Source of the DNA: an uncultured Verrucomicrobiae bacterium
GTDB lineage: Bacteria > Verrucomicrobiota > Verrucomicrobiia > Chthoniobacterales > UBA10450
Assembly (NCBI GenBank): GCA_963735805.1
Contig: CAVTMK010000002.1
Location: forward strand, 96,001-160,000
Reading direction: 5' to 3'
DNA length: 64,000 nucleotides
Shown: in pieces, positions 49,874 through 58,166 of the stretch
Position numbering within the stretch: position 1 is the first letter of the stretch
Layout: each line of letters opens with the position of its first letter
Position numbers and translations under genes: made by a program
The notes under the pieces: generated by a model
What the model saw: the letters and a program-made list of their open reading frames with translations, nothing else
Databases searched by the model: none
Told to the model about the DNA's origin: nothing

Positions 49874-50875
49874 CTCGATTGTGAATCCGATCGCTTCGAG
49901 TTCTGATTTAAGCAATTTTGCCTGATCAGGCGTGAACTCAACCAGCGGCGGCCGCACCCTGGTCCAAGCAGGATCGTCCGCGTAGATCGCGATGGCCTGT
50001 TTCAACGCCGCGATCATCGACGGAAATTTTCTGCTACTGAACACTCCGCGCACGACATTCAACCGCGCCTGCTGATCCTCCAATTTCGATTCTCGATTCT
50101 CGAATTTCGATTCTTCGGTGCAGGCAGCATACAGCTTGTGAATCGCAGCCGGGTTAACATTGGCTGTCGCGGAAATGGTACCCACCCCGCCGTTCCGCAT
50201 ATTAGCGAGAAGAAACGATTCGCTGCCAACGAATACCTCGAAGGTGCGAGCCGCACCGGCAATTGAAGCTGCCCGTCCGGCTCGGACAAACGCGTCGAGA
50301 AAAGTCTTGGTATTATTCCAATCGCCCGAGCTATCTTTCATCCCGGCGATTGCACTCGGATAAGCGCCCAGGAGGCGTTCGACCAATCTTGGTGTGATGC
50401 CAACCACCGCTACCGGCGGAATGTGGTAGAGATAAATTTTCAGTCGCGCATCACCGACGCGCTGCACGACTTCGCTGAAAAAGCGGTAGAGGCCTTCTTC
50501 GCCGACATCCTTGTAATAGAAAGGCGGCAACATCAGCACGCCCGCGCAACCGTTTTCCCCAGCCTGCTTGGTGAGCATGACCGTTTCCATGATCGAACAA
50601 CAACCGGTTCCCGGCATCATGCGCAACGGATCGACCCCGGCCGCGACCAGCTCGTCGAGCAGATTTAAACGCTCTTCCATCGACAACGAGTTCGCCTCGC
50701 TGTTGGTGCCGAACACGGCAAGTCCGCAGTTCTGTGACAGCAACCACTTACAATGCGCGATGAAACGTTTACTATCAGGCGCGAGATCGGCCTTGAACGG
50801 AGTAACGACCGGCGCGAGAACACCCCGGATACGTTGGCCCGCGGGAAGACCGTTGATTTCGGCGTTATCCGACAT
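49868..50875 (-). CDS. Dihydrodipicolinate synthase/NAL family aldolase
   Basis: VVTPF, GTNSE, LPPFYY, YHIP, GMKDSSG. Confidence 0.88.
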   Translation of the reverse strand: MSDNAEINGLPAGQRIRGVLAPVVTPFKADLAPDSKRFIAHCKWLLSQNCGLAVFGTNSEANSLSMEERLNLLDELVAAGVDPLRMMPGTGCCSIMETVMLTKQAGENGCAGVLMLPPFYYKDVGEEGLYRFFSEVVQRVGDARLKIYLYHIPPVAVVGITPRLVERLLGAYPSAIAGMKDSSGDWNNTKTFLDAFVRAGRAASIAGAARTFEVFVGSESFLLANMRNGGVGTISATANVNPAAIHKLYAACTEESKFENRESKLEDQQARLNVVRGVFSSRKFPSMIAALKQAIAIYADDPAWTRVRPPLVEFTPDQAKLLKSELEAIGFTIEL

Positions 50876-50898
50876 TTCCTAATTTTTCCTTCAACCTT

Positions 50899-52455
50899 CT
50901 AACTTTTCGAGCGACTGCGAAACCACCCCGTTTTTGCTTCCTTACTTCTTAGAGTTATGGCCACCAAAATTGCGATCGCAATGGGCCAGATCAGATTCAG
51001 ACGCAACGTGTCGGCGAACGCCGCCGCGAATGACTGGTGAAACGCCTGGCGGACCAGTTCGACCTGACTTGTGATCAGGCCGGCATCGATGTTTCCGATT
51101 CGTTCGACCGCGCCGGGCTGTTCCAGGAGTTTCTGTTGAGCGAATGACAATGGCGTTTCGGCTAATCGGAAAGCGAGATGGCGTTGGAAAAAGGCACCGT
51201 GAAGTTCGGTCGCGGCCGCGACGCCAATAGCACCTCCGCCGAACCGAAACATGTAGATCATTCCCGTTGCCAGACCGGCGCGTTCCGGCGAAACCGCGGT
51301 GAGACCAACGGTGTTTAGCAATGTAAATCCAGGCCCGGCCCCGGCGGCAATCAGGAGAAATGGAATCACCATCCCACTGTATCCGTACGATACCGGGACA
51401 AATGACAGGATCGCCAGTCCCAGCGCCATCGAAACGCAAGCGACGATTAGCAGAGTCGGCATTTGAAAGCGGCTCGTCAGGCGTCCGGACATGACTCCAG
51501 TTACGGCAAGAACAAGGCTGAACGGAACCAGGCCGATTCCCGCAGTCAACGCGCTGTAACCAAATTCCTCCTGCAAATAAACCGCGACCATGAACAGGAA
51601 AAGGAAGAAGACAAATCCAAGGAAACAACTGGCCACGCAGGAACAGAAAAAGGCCGGTAATTGAAGGAGTTTGCCGTCAACGATGGCATTGGTCGCGCGG
51701 CGCTCGATGATTACGAAAACCACCAGCAAGACGAGCGACAGAACAATCAGTCCGAGAGCCAGCGGCGGGTTGCGATCGCCTCCCTGAAGGAGATCCAGAC
51801 CGACAAGGAAACTCGTTAACGCTGTCCCGAGAACAAGTACGCCCGCGATATCGATTCGGTGCGAAGCATTCTCGTCGCGCGAATCCTGAATGGCGCGCAA
51901 TGCGATGATCATGATCACGGCGATGAGCGGCAGATTAATCAAAAAAACCAATCGCCAGCTCACCTCTGCGGTTAGAAATCCACCTACCAATGGCCCGATC
52001 GATTGCGCTACACCCGCGATACCCACCAATGTCCCGAGAGCGACCGCGCGCTCCTCGGCGTTGTAAACACTCGAGATGATGGCCATACCCGCCGGCAACA
52101 TGAGCGATCCGCCCGCGCCCTGTAATACGCGTCCGATAACCAGCACCGAAAGCGTCGGGGCGATTCCGCACAGGAGCGACGCCAGCGCAAATACAATTGC
52201 GCCTGCCAGCAGACAACGGCGTCGGCCAAAAACATCAGCGATCCGCCCGGCCGCTACGATCAGCGCGGCGAACGCCAGCATGTAACTGTTGAGTCCCCAC
52301 TGAAGATCTTCCAAATCCGCGTGCAGATCTTTGCCCAGCGTAACCAGCGCCACGTTGACCGTCGTGATATCGAGGTTCAGAATCGCAAACACCGCCGCGA
52401 TCGCTATCAAAGCCAGCCGCGGGTTTGTCGGGGGTGAGGATGAGACAGGCGTCAC
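50899..52455 (-). CDS. MFS efflux transporter (DHA2/EmrB-like, 14 TM)
   Basis: LDITTVNVAL, GRIADVFGRRR, GRVLQG, WRLVFLINLP. Confidence 0.9.
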   Translation of the reverse strand: MTPVSSSPPTNPRLALIAIAAVFAILNLDITTVNVALVTLGKDLHADLEDLQWGLNSYMLAFAALIVAAGRIADVFGRRRCLLAGAIVFALASLLCGIAPTLSVLVIGRVLQGAGGSLMLPAGMAIISSVYNAEERAVALGTLVGIAGVAQSIGPLVGGFLTAEVSWRLVFLINLPLIAVIMIIALRAIQDSRDENASHRIDIAGVLVLGTALTSFLVGLDLLQGGDRNPPLALGLIVLSLVLLVVFVIIERRATNAIVDGKLLQLPAFFCSCVASCFLGFVFFLFLFMVAVYLQEEFGYSALTAGIGLVPFSLVLAVTGVMSGRLTSRFQMPTLLIVACVSMALGLAILSFVPVSYGYSGMVIPFLLIAAGAGPGFTLLNTVGLTAVSPERAGLATGMIYMFRFGGGAIGVAAATELHGAFFQRHLAFRLAETPLSFAQQKLLEQPGAVERIGNIDAGLITSQVELVRQAFHQSFAAAFADTLRLNLIWPIAIAILVAITLRSKEAKTGWFRSRSKS

Positions 52456-52611
52456 CGGTTCCGCATACTAACGATGGCTGCCGTCTTGCCCAGCCTTTAG
52501 CCGCGCTCGTGCCCCCGATCTCTGACCTCCTTGACACGCCGTAGTCCCGCGACTGCGGGACAAAGGCGCCTTCTCGTCAAAAAAAGCTTTGGATAATGTT
52601 GCGCCTCGATA

Positions 52612-52660
52612 ATGCATGTCATTACACGGAAACGCTTGAACGAGTTCGCGCACAAACGCT
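52612..52660 (+). pseudogene. 5' relic of a HigB-type toxin gene
   Basis: ATG-start MHVITRKRLNEFAHK, then runs into repeat DNA. Confidence 0.5.
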
Positions 52661-52832
52661 ACTCTGGTCTGCCGACCGGACGGACTCGTTCCGTGGCGAG
52701 CTCGGACCCTTCTATGTCGCTCATCCCACTCGGTGGGTTCCTGACTTCGTGACTGCCTTTTCCGCTTTCCGAAATCCAGAACGTCGATGTTGAGCGTTGG
52801 ACGTTTGTTTCTCTGTCGATTACACTTTCAGC

Positions 52833-53063
52833 GTGAGCACGGTTGAGGAAATTCGAACAGCCATTCCAAAGCTAAGCGTTGAAGAGAAACTCCAAACGAT
52901 GGAAGCCCTTTGGCAGAGCTTATCGTCGAAACCTGATTCAGTTGAGTCGCCAGCCTGGCACGAAAAAGAGCTGCGTGACCGCGAACGCGATATCCAATCA
53001 GGGGAATCGAATTTCATCGACTGGGAAAAAGCTAAAACGAATATCCGTCGTCAAACTTCGTGA
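52833..53063 (+). CDS. Addiction-module antitoxin component
   Basis: LSVEEKLQTMEALWQSL...SPAWHEKEL..R...FIDWEKAK; GTGA-coupled to the toxin. Confidence 0.8.
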   Translation: MSTVEEIRTAIPKLSVEEKLQTMEALWQSLSSKPDSVESPAWHEKELRDRERDIQSGESNFIDWEKAKTNIRRQTS

Positions 53064-53150
53064 GGATCGAAATCCTCCCGGCGGCGCGGGAAGACTTAAT
53101 CGCTGGATATCACTTTTACGAGAGCCAAGCCGCCGGTTCAGGCCGCTTTT
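53060..53150 (+). pseudogene. Truncated RelE/ParE toxin
   Basis: MRIEILPAAREDLIAGYHFYESQAAG, then antisense of the rpoZ-like gene. Confidence 0.7.
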
Positions 53151-53428
53151 TTCTTCGCCACCGCTTTTTTCTTGGCGACGATGGCATCGGGGAACTGCAC
53201 GACGTGGGGGACAGGCTCGGTTCCATTCTGACCGAAGGTCGACTCGAACGTCAGTTTTCCATTAGCGATCTCGGTTAACGCGATATCGGCTTCACGAAGT
53301 CCCGGAGCACATTGCACCAGGGGTCGATGCCCGATCGAAAGCTGTCGCACACGGCGTGAGACCATGTTGACCAGGATTTGCTGGTTAGTGATTACTTCGG
53401 AGGCGGCTGTAATGAGATCGGCATTCAT
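53138..53428 (-). CDS. rpoZ: RNA polymerase omega subunit-like protein
   Basis: ILVNMVSRRVRQL..GHRPLV...ADIALTEIANGKL; Lys/Ala tail. Confidence 0.75.
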   Translation of the reverse strand: MNADLITAASEVITNQQILVNMVSRRVRQLSIGHRPLVQCAPGLREADIALTEIANGKLTFESTFGQNGTEPVPHVVQFPDAIVAKKKAVAKKKAA

Positions 53429-53587
53429 AATAATTTGATTGATTCTGACTTTCTACCCGACACCAACGTCGCGCCGGCTTGGGCGCGCACGGGAGGCCGA
53501 CTTGCCTCCTTCGTACTTCTCGACCTGCCACTATCGTCCAGAAAACGCGGACCACAACCGCTAATCGCGGACCCGCACCGCTGGGAT

Positions 53588-53624
53588 TTGACTACTTGAG
53601 AAGTGTGTAGTAAATACTACACAC
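53588..53624 (+). promoter_or_regulatory. Probable promoter with perfect operator palindrome abutting the ATG
   Basis: ttgact at 53588; GTGTGTAGTA-AA-TACTACACAC at 53603-53624. Confidence 0.65.
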
Positions 53625-53987
53625 ATGGCTCAAAACCATTCGTTTGGAGAGTTCCTGCGTGAGCGTCGGACGACCAGGGCGGTCAAGAATCGCGCTTTCT
53701 CGGTCCGTCAAGTCGCAGGCCGCGTAGGCATCGAGCCTTCCTACCTGAGCAAAATCGAACGCGACGAGCAGCCCCCTCCCGGGGAGGAAACAATTCGCCG
53801 CATCGCGGCAGAACTTGGCGAGGATCCTGATGTGCTTCTAGCTCTAGCAGGCAAAGTGTCCAGCGACCTTCTGCAAATTATCCGGGAGCGCCCGACGCAC
53901 GTTGGCGAGTTACTTCGTTCGATCCGCCGGGTTCCCGCAAAGCGCGTTGCCGAAATGACGCGGCAGGTCCGGGACGGCAACTGGTGA
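53625..53987 (+). CDS. XRE-family HTH transcriptional regulator
   Basis: FGEFLRERR, SVRQVAGRVGIEPSYLSKIERD. Confidence 0.88.
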   Translation: MAQNHSFGEFLRERRTTRAVKNRAFSVRQVAGRVGIEPSYLSKIERDEQPPPGEETIRRIAAELGEDPDVLLALAGKVSSDLLQIIRERPTHVGELLRSIRRVPAKRVAEMTRQVRDGNW

Positions 53988-54024
53988 ACTATGCAATCCG
54001 AAAAATTAAAAACCCATACAATCT

Positions 54025-55308
54025 ATGATTACACTGAAAAACGACAGCCTCTGTTTTAGCTTCCCCGAAATTGACGAAGTTATTCGTCGCTTTATCGAGC
54101 GACATATAAATTCCACATTGCCGGCGATCATCGCGGCTGACCGGAGTTCTGCTGCACGGGCGCTTCAGTCGTATTGGGGATTTCGGGAAGCGACCCCCGA
54201 AGTACGCCGGAAAGCCGAGAACCAGGTCATCCGTGCTACTCCGGAGAAAATAGCAACGGCACTCCGGCGGAAATCCATGAGCGTCGTTAATCGCGGCGAT
54301 GCTTCCATCACGACACTCCAAATCGAGTTTCAACGCACGCTGCGCATTCCAGACGACGGCAAGATTTATCCGTTACCCGCCGGCTTCGGTCGTTTCCCGG
54401 TTCGACACGTGGACGATCACAAGGACACTGTTCCGGCACCGTGGATCGAGCGCGGCGGGGTGCTGATGCCGATGTATCAAAGTGAGGCGCTTTGGATCCG
54501 ATTCAGCACGCCTTACCCGTTCGCATTGAAGGTTGCCGCTGGCAAAATTGATGCTGTGACGGGCGAGTTGTGGCGGGCAGATTTGCGGCCGGACCCACAA
54601 AATTATCTCGTCCTGCCCGAGCAGCCTTGGCTGGATGGGTTCGCAGTGCGAAAGGGCGTGATCCGCCAATTTGTCGCGATGCCGCTGGGCGCAGGATATT
54701 CGGCCGAGGAACAGATAACCGGGAAGGCGGACTCGGGCGGCATCCAACTCCAGGTTTTCCCGTTACGCGCAGAAGCATATTTTCGCACAGAAGTTGCGAA
54801 ACATCTCCCAAAGTCGCTAGAGGATTTGCTTGATGAACTCGTGGACGCGGAACTGCTCGACTCCCGCGTTCAATTTTGCCGGCAGGCTCCGAGTATGGTG
54901 ATGGAGAGTACAGCGATGGGGCTTGGCGCGGGTGGAACTATGCGTCAGGAGATTTTTAAAGATTCTCACGATTTCTCGGACTGGGATTTGTCGTTAAGTA
55001 GTCGCTGTTTTGTGCACCTCTGCAATTCCCTGGTGTGGCGACAGGTGACCAAGAGCAACCCACCGCATCCACCGTTCACCGCGAAGGAGTACAAAAGGGC
55101 TGGAGTTCCCTGGTTCGATTATTATCGCGACGACCTCTCTGCGTTATCAGGCTCGACGGTTCTCGATAAAATCAAGAGCGTGTTTGTTTTTGGGCAAGCG
55201 AAGGGAGAAAAACCTCTCGTCGACAATTCGCCAATGGAGCCAGAACTCGTCGTGCAATATGGCAACGCCAGGCGCCGGGATGAAGTTCGGGAATTCGTCG
55301 AGCAGTAA
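54025..55308 (+). CDS. Conserved hypothetical protein
   Basis: FQRTLRIPDD..YPLP.G.G.FP, PMYQSEALW, QPWLDG, RQFVAMPLG, MGLGAGG.MRQ.I, G.PWF. Confidence 0.8.
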   Translation: MITLKNDSLCFSFPEIDEVIRRFIERHINSTLPAIIAADRSSAARALQSYWGFREATPEVRRKAENQVIRATPEKIATALRRKSMSVVNRGDASITTLQIEFQRTLRIPDDGKIYPLPAGFGRFPVRHVDDHKDTVPAPWIERGGVLMPMYQSEALWIRFSTPYPFALKVAAGKIDAVTGELWRADLRPDPQNYLVLPEQPWLDGFAVRKGVIRQFVAMPLGAGYSAEEQITGKADSGGIQLQVFPLRAEAYFRTEVAKHLPKSLEDLLDELVDAELLDSRVQFCRQAPSMVMESTAMGLGAGGTMRQEIFKDSHDFSDWDLSLSSRCFVHLCNSLVWRQVTKSNPPHPPFTAKEYKRAGVPWFDYYRDDLSALSGSTVLDKIKSVFVFGQAKGEKPLVDNSPMEPELVVQYGNARRRDEVREFVEQ

Positions 55309-55343
55309 CTTGCGACTACACCCGATCTTCAACCCAAAAGCGT

Positions 55344-55727
55344 ATGAAATTTACTATCCGCATCGACGAACTTGAAAGCTTGCTGAAAGCAGTCGTTTCA
55401 CGTCCTCGAAAGAAGGACACGGTCAGAATTTCTGCGTGTGCGGCTCGCGTCTTTGTCGAGTGCAGAGACGCGGTGGCCGGTGTCGAGGCACTTGTCTTTA
55501 GCGACGGTGCGGTAACGTTGCCAGCGGCGAAATTCCGAGAACTTGTTGAAACTTACAAGGGACGCACTTCCTTAACTTTTGAGGGAAGTACTGATGGATT
55601 GCGCATCGAAAATCTCGTCATGCCAGCGCGTGGTTATGATCCCAGCCCGAAGCCGCCGGCAGCCTTCCAAGTTTTTCCAGCGCGTTCCACAACGGCAATG
55701 GAGAGCGGCCCCGGCAGAATGGAGTAA
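55344..55727 (+). CDS. Hypothetical protein resembling one domain of the beta sliding clamp
   Basis: MKFTI...LLKAV...GAVTLPAAKFRELV...PAAF, similar to DnaN domain I. Confidence 0.55.
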   Translation: MKFTIRIDELESLLKAVVSRPRKKDTVRISACAARVFVECRDAVAGVEALVFSDGAVTLPAAKFRELVETYKGRTSLTFEGSTDGLRIENLVMPARGYDPSPKPPAAFQVFPARSTTAMESGPGRME

Positions 55728-55790
55728 AACTGCGCAACGAATGCAATGCTTAAAGCGAAGCCGACGCGTTCCGCCTTTGGTCTGCCACTG

Positions 55791-55850
55791 CCCGCGGCTC
55801 GCCGGTGGAACAAGCAAAGGACGAAGTAAGAAGGAAAAATTAAGAAGTCG
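55791..55850. repeat. 60-bp direct repeat (second copy 58458-58517): DinB-like 3' end plus heptamer array
   Basis: cccgcggct(c/t)gccggtggaacaagc...gaagtaagaagga..aattaagaagtcg. Confidence 0.75.
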
Positions 55851-55909
55851 CATCATCGCCGGCGGGTTGAAACTCACTCACTGCTCCCCTCGCAACTAAT
55901 GCACGTCCG

Positions 55910-56030
55910 GCTCGGACCCTTCTATGTCGCTCATCCCAAGAGCTCCATTGAAACTCACTCGCGTCCCCGCGCGTTCGCTCCTACCCTCGTCACTTTACCT
56001 TCTATGTCGCTCATCCCAAGAGCTCCATTG
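55910..56030 (+). repeat. Repeat family C (ttgaaactc... / cttctatgtcgctcatccc...gctccatt), tandem copies
   Basis: 33-bp identity 55918-55950 vs 55998-56030; relatives at 52701, 56987-57300, 58542, 59298 (inverted), 59448 and 62870. Confidence 0.8.
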
Positions 56031-56152
56031 TTTGGTTTTGAGCGTCAATTCGCAACTGCCATCCTGGCTTGCCTTCGAAGGAAAGCGTTGCGCAGAGTTT
56101 GTCTCCTTCTTGAGCGTCTCTGGACCGAGCTTAGCTCTGGGACAATCGGTGC

Positions 56153-56701
56153 TTATCGTCCGTGCCGATGGAAATTGATCACCCCTTCCCAGGGAAGAAC
56201 AAAGGAGGGCGGATTCGTAGTAAAATCCAGTTGCCCGCCCAACTCAAAATGGCCGGTCGCGTTGGTGAAGCGCCCTGTGCCGCCTGTCACCTCCGCAGTT
56301 TCATGGTTGTCGAATACCCCAGGTGTTTCCGTCGGACACAGGTACCCTTCGAAAGTGCCGGAGATTTCGTCGCCGTTGGCCGCAAACCAGTCAAAGGTGC
56401 CGGTGTAAGGAATATTATTTTCACAAACATCGGGGGCGGGTTCGCATGGCCGCGGGAAGAATTCCGCGGTTCCAGTGAAAGCTCCCAGGTGGTTTGCGTG
56501 TCCGAAGTTGACCACGTGTATTGAAGGCTCGCACTCCGTACCGGACTGAGAATCAACGTACCCCGAGACCGTGCCGTTGAACGGCACTTCGTCGCGGGCT
56601 AATGCGGGAGTGGTCGCGAAGAACAATGCCGCAAGGCAGGGGAGGAGCGGCGGGATGAGAAGTGGCAGAATTGCTGTTTTGGGCTGAATCAATGGATTCA
56701 T
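56153..56701 (-). CDS. Secreted small beta-barrel hypothetical protein
   Basis: Signal peptide; VPFNG, GHANHLG, AANGD, VTGGTGRFTNATG. Confidence 0.75.
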   Translation of the reverse strand: MNPLIQPKTAILPLLIPPLLPCLAALFFATTPALARDEVPFNGTVSGYVDSQSGTECEPSIHVVNFGHANHLGAFTGTAEFFPRPCEPAPDVCENNIPYTGTFDWFAANGDEISGTFEGYLCPTETPGVFDNHETAEVTGGTGRFTNATGHFELGGQLDFTTNPPSFVLPWEGVINFHRHGR

Positions 56702-56797
56702 GGTTTCCTTTCTTTTACCCCGCTGATTTGATTAGGGATTGCGGGTCAGGAAGAGGCGCAGAACCTAGCGGGGGAATGTCCTCCGTCTGATTCAGAT
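56702..56797 (-). promoter_or_regulatory. Conserved upstream leader/promoter element, copy 2
   Basis: Homologous to 48110-48207. Confidence 0.6.
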
Positions 56798-56986
56798 CCG
56801 TTGTGTGGGATTTTGCTGCGTTCCGCGGTTTTTTGAAATACGCAGAATTGCGTACGATACGCTGTTGCCCCGACTCACTTATTGCTCCCCGCGCAACTTT
56901 ACCTTGATCACTCGGTCGCCGCGGCGACCTCGCGCCAGGTCGAGCCGACTTGCATTCCCTAGCTGCGTTGCCGTCTACCCGCGCGC

Positions 56987-57305
56987 TTGAAACTCGTTCG
57001 CTTCCCAGCTCGCTCGCCGCTACCCGTTGCGGCTTTGCCTTCTATGTCGCTTTCCCCAAAAGCTCCATTCCCTCGATCGCGCGTGTTCTATGTCGCTTTC
57101 CCAAACGCTCCATTGTATCTCGCTTGCTCCCGCTCGCTCGACCGTTACCTCACGGCTTTACCGGCCATGTCGCTCGCCCTAAACGCTCCATTGTATCTCG
57201 CTTGCTCCCGCTCTCTCGACCGTTACCTCACGGTCCGGCGGCTGCCGGATCGTTCGCCCCAGTCGCTCCATTCCCTCATTCGCGACGTGTTCTATGTCTC
57301 TGAAC
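56987..57305 (+). repeat. Cluster of family C repeats including a 53-bp tandem duplication (57103-57155 / 57181-57233)
   Basis: aaacgctccattgtatctcgcttgctcccgctc(g/t)ctcgaccgttacctcacgg twice, 78-nt period. Confidence 0.75.
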
Positions 57306-57433
57306 CCACCGCTAATACTGGTGTCGATCTTATCCATCGTAAGCGGCTTACGATCGACCAGCGGTAGTGCACAGAAACAGATCGATGTTTTCGGCGCTCG
57401 CATCTTAAAGATGCGGTGAGCAACGCGACTCGT

Positions 57434-57664
57434 TTACAGGAACGAGATTGTCTTTTCGGTGCCCGTTGAGCCACACTGCAGTTGGACGTCGCGGCTATGC
57501 GTCACTCCATCAACAGAAAGAACAACCTGTGCTGGGCCTTCGAAATCATCAGCTTCGTCCAGCAAGAGAAAATCGGGGCCGAGCTGCGAAACTTGCAATT
57601 CCGAGCCATCGCGCACGACATGGATTTTTACTTCTGCTGAATGGCCGGTGTGATTGTCTGTCAT
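57434..57664 (-). CDS. Small beta-rich hypothetical protein
   Basis: GHSAEVKIHV...VSQLGPDFLLL...VLSVDG. Confidence 0.6.
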   Translation of the reverse strand: MTDNHTGHSAEVKIHVVRDGSELQVSQLGPDFLLLDEADDFEGPAQVVLSVDGVTHSRDVQLQCGSTGTEKTISFL

Positions 57665-58166
57665 GGATGAGGAGCTAGATCGTCGCGTTCAGCGATACGC
57701 GTCCAAACGCAATATCAAACTCGGCGAGTCGTTGGGTTCTGGCGTCCATGGTAATGTTTTCGCTGCCGAATACAATACAAAACCAGGGTTTCTCGCGGTA
57801 AAGTTCCACCGTGAAGATCGACCGTTCGAGCGAGAGTGCCACGTGTATCAGCGTCTGCGCGAAGAGCAAACTACGCGAATTCGCGGCTTCAATGTGCCTC
57901 GGTTGTTGCGCATTGATGAGGAGTTTCGCGCGATAGAGATGACGATTGTCCGCCCGCCATTTCTTCTCGACTTTGCCGGCGCTTATCTGGATGAAGCGCC
58001 TGACTTCGGTGAGGACGTTCTTCGACAGTGGCAGGAAGAAAAAGCGGAAATCTTCGGTGAAAGATGGCCAGAGGTTACTCGGATTCTCGCAGTGCTAGAG
58101 GCGCTCGGCATTTATCTGCGCGATATCAATCCAGGTAATATTTTCTTTCGTGAAGAGACTCGATGA
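57663..58166 (+). CDS. Minimal protein kinase-like protein
   Basis: LGSGVHGNVF Gly-loop, AVK, helix-C E, LLDFAG, C-terminal LRDINPGNI. Confidence 0.7.
   Translation: MDEELDRRVQRYASKRNIKLGESLGSGVHGNVFAAEYNTKPGFLAVKFHREDRPFERECHVYQRLREEQTTRIRGFNVPRLLRIDEEFRAIEMTIVRPPFLLDFAGAYLDEAPDFGEDVLRQWQEEKAEIFGERWPEVTRILAVLEALGIYLRDINPGNIFFREETR

Noticed and set aside
55868..57305. Possible CRISPR array (30-53 bp repeats at ~80-nt period)
   Set aside because: Only pairs of repeats, spacers are themselves repeat-derived, copies occur in both orientations, and no cas genes are present.
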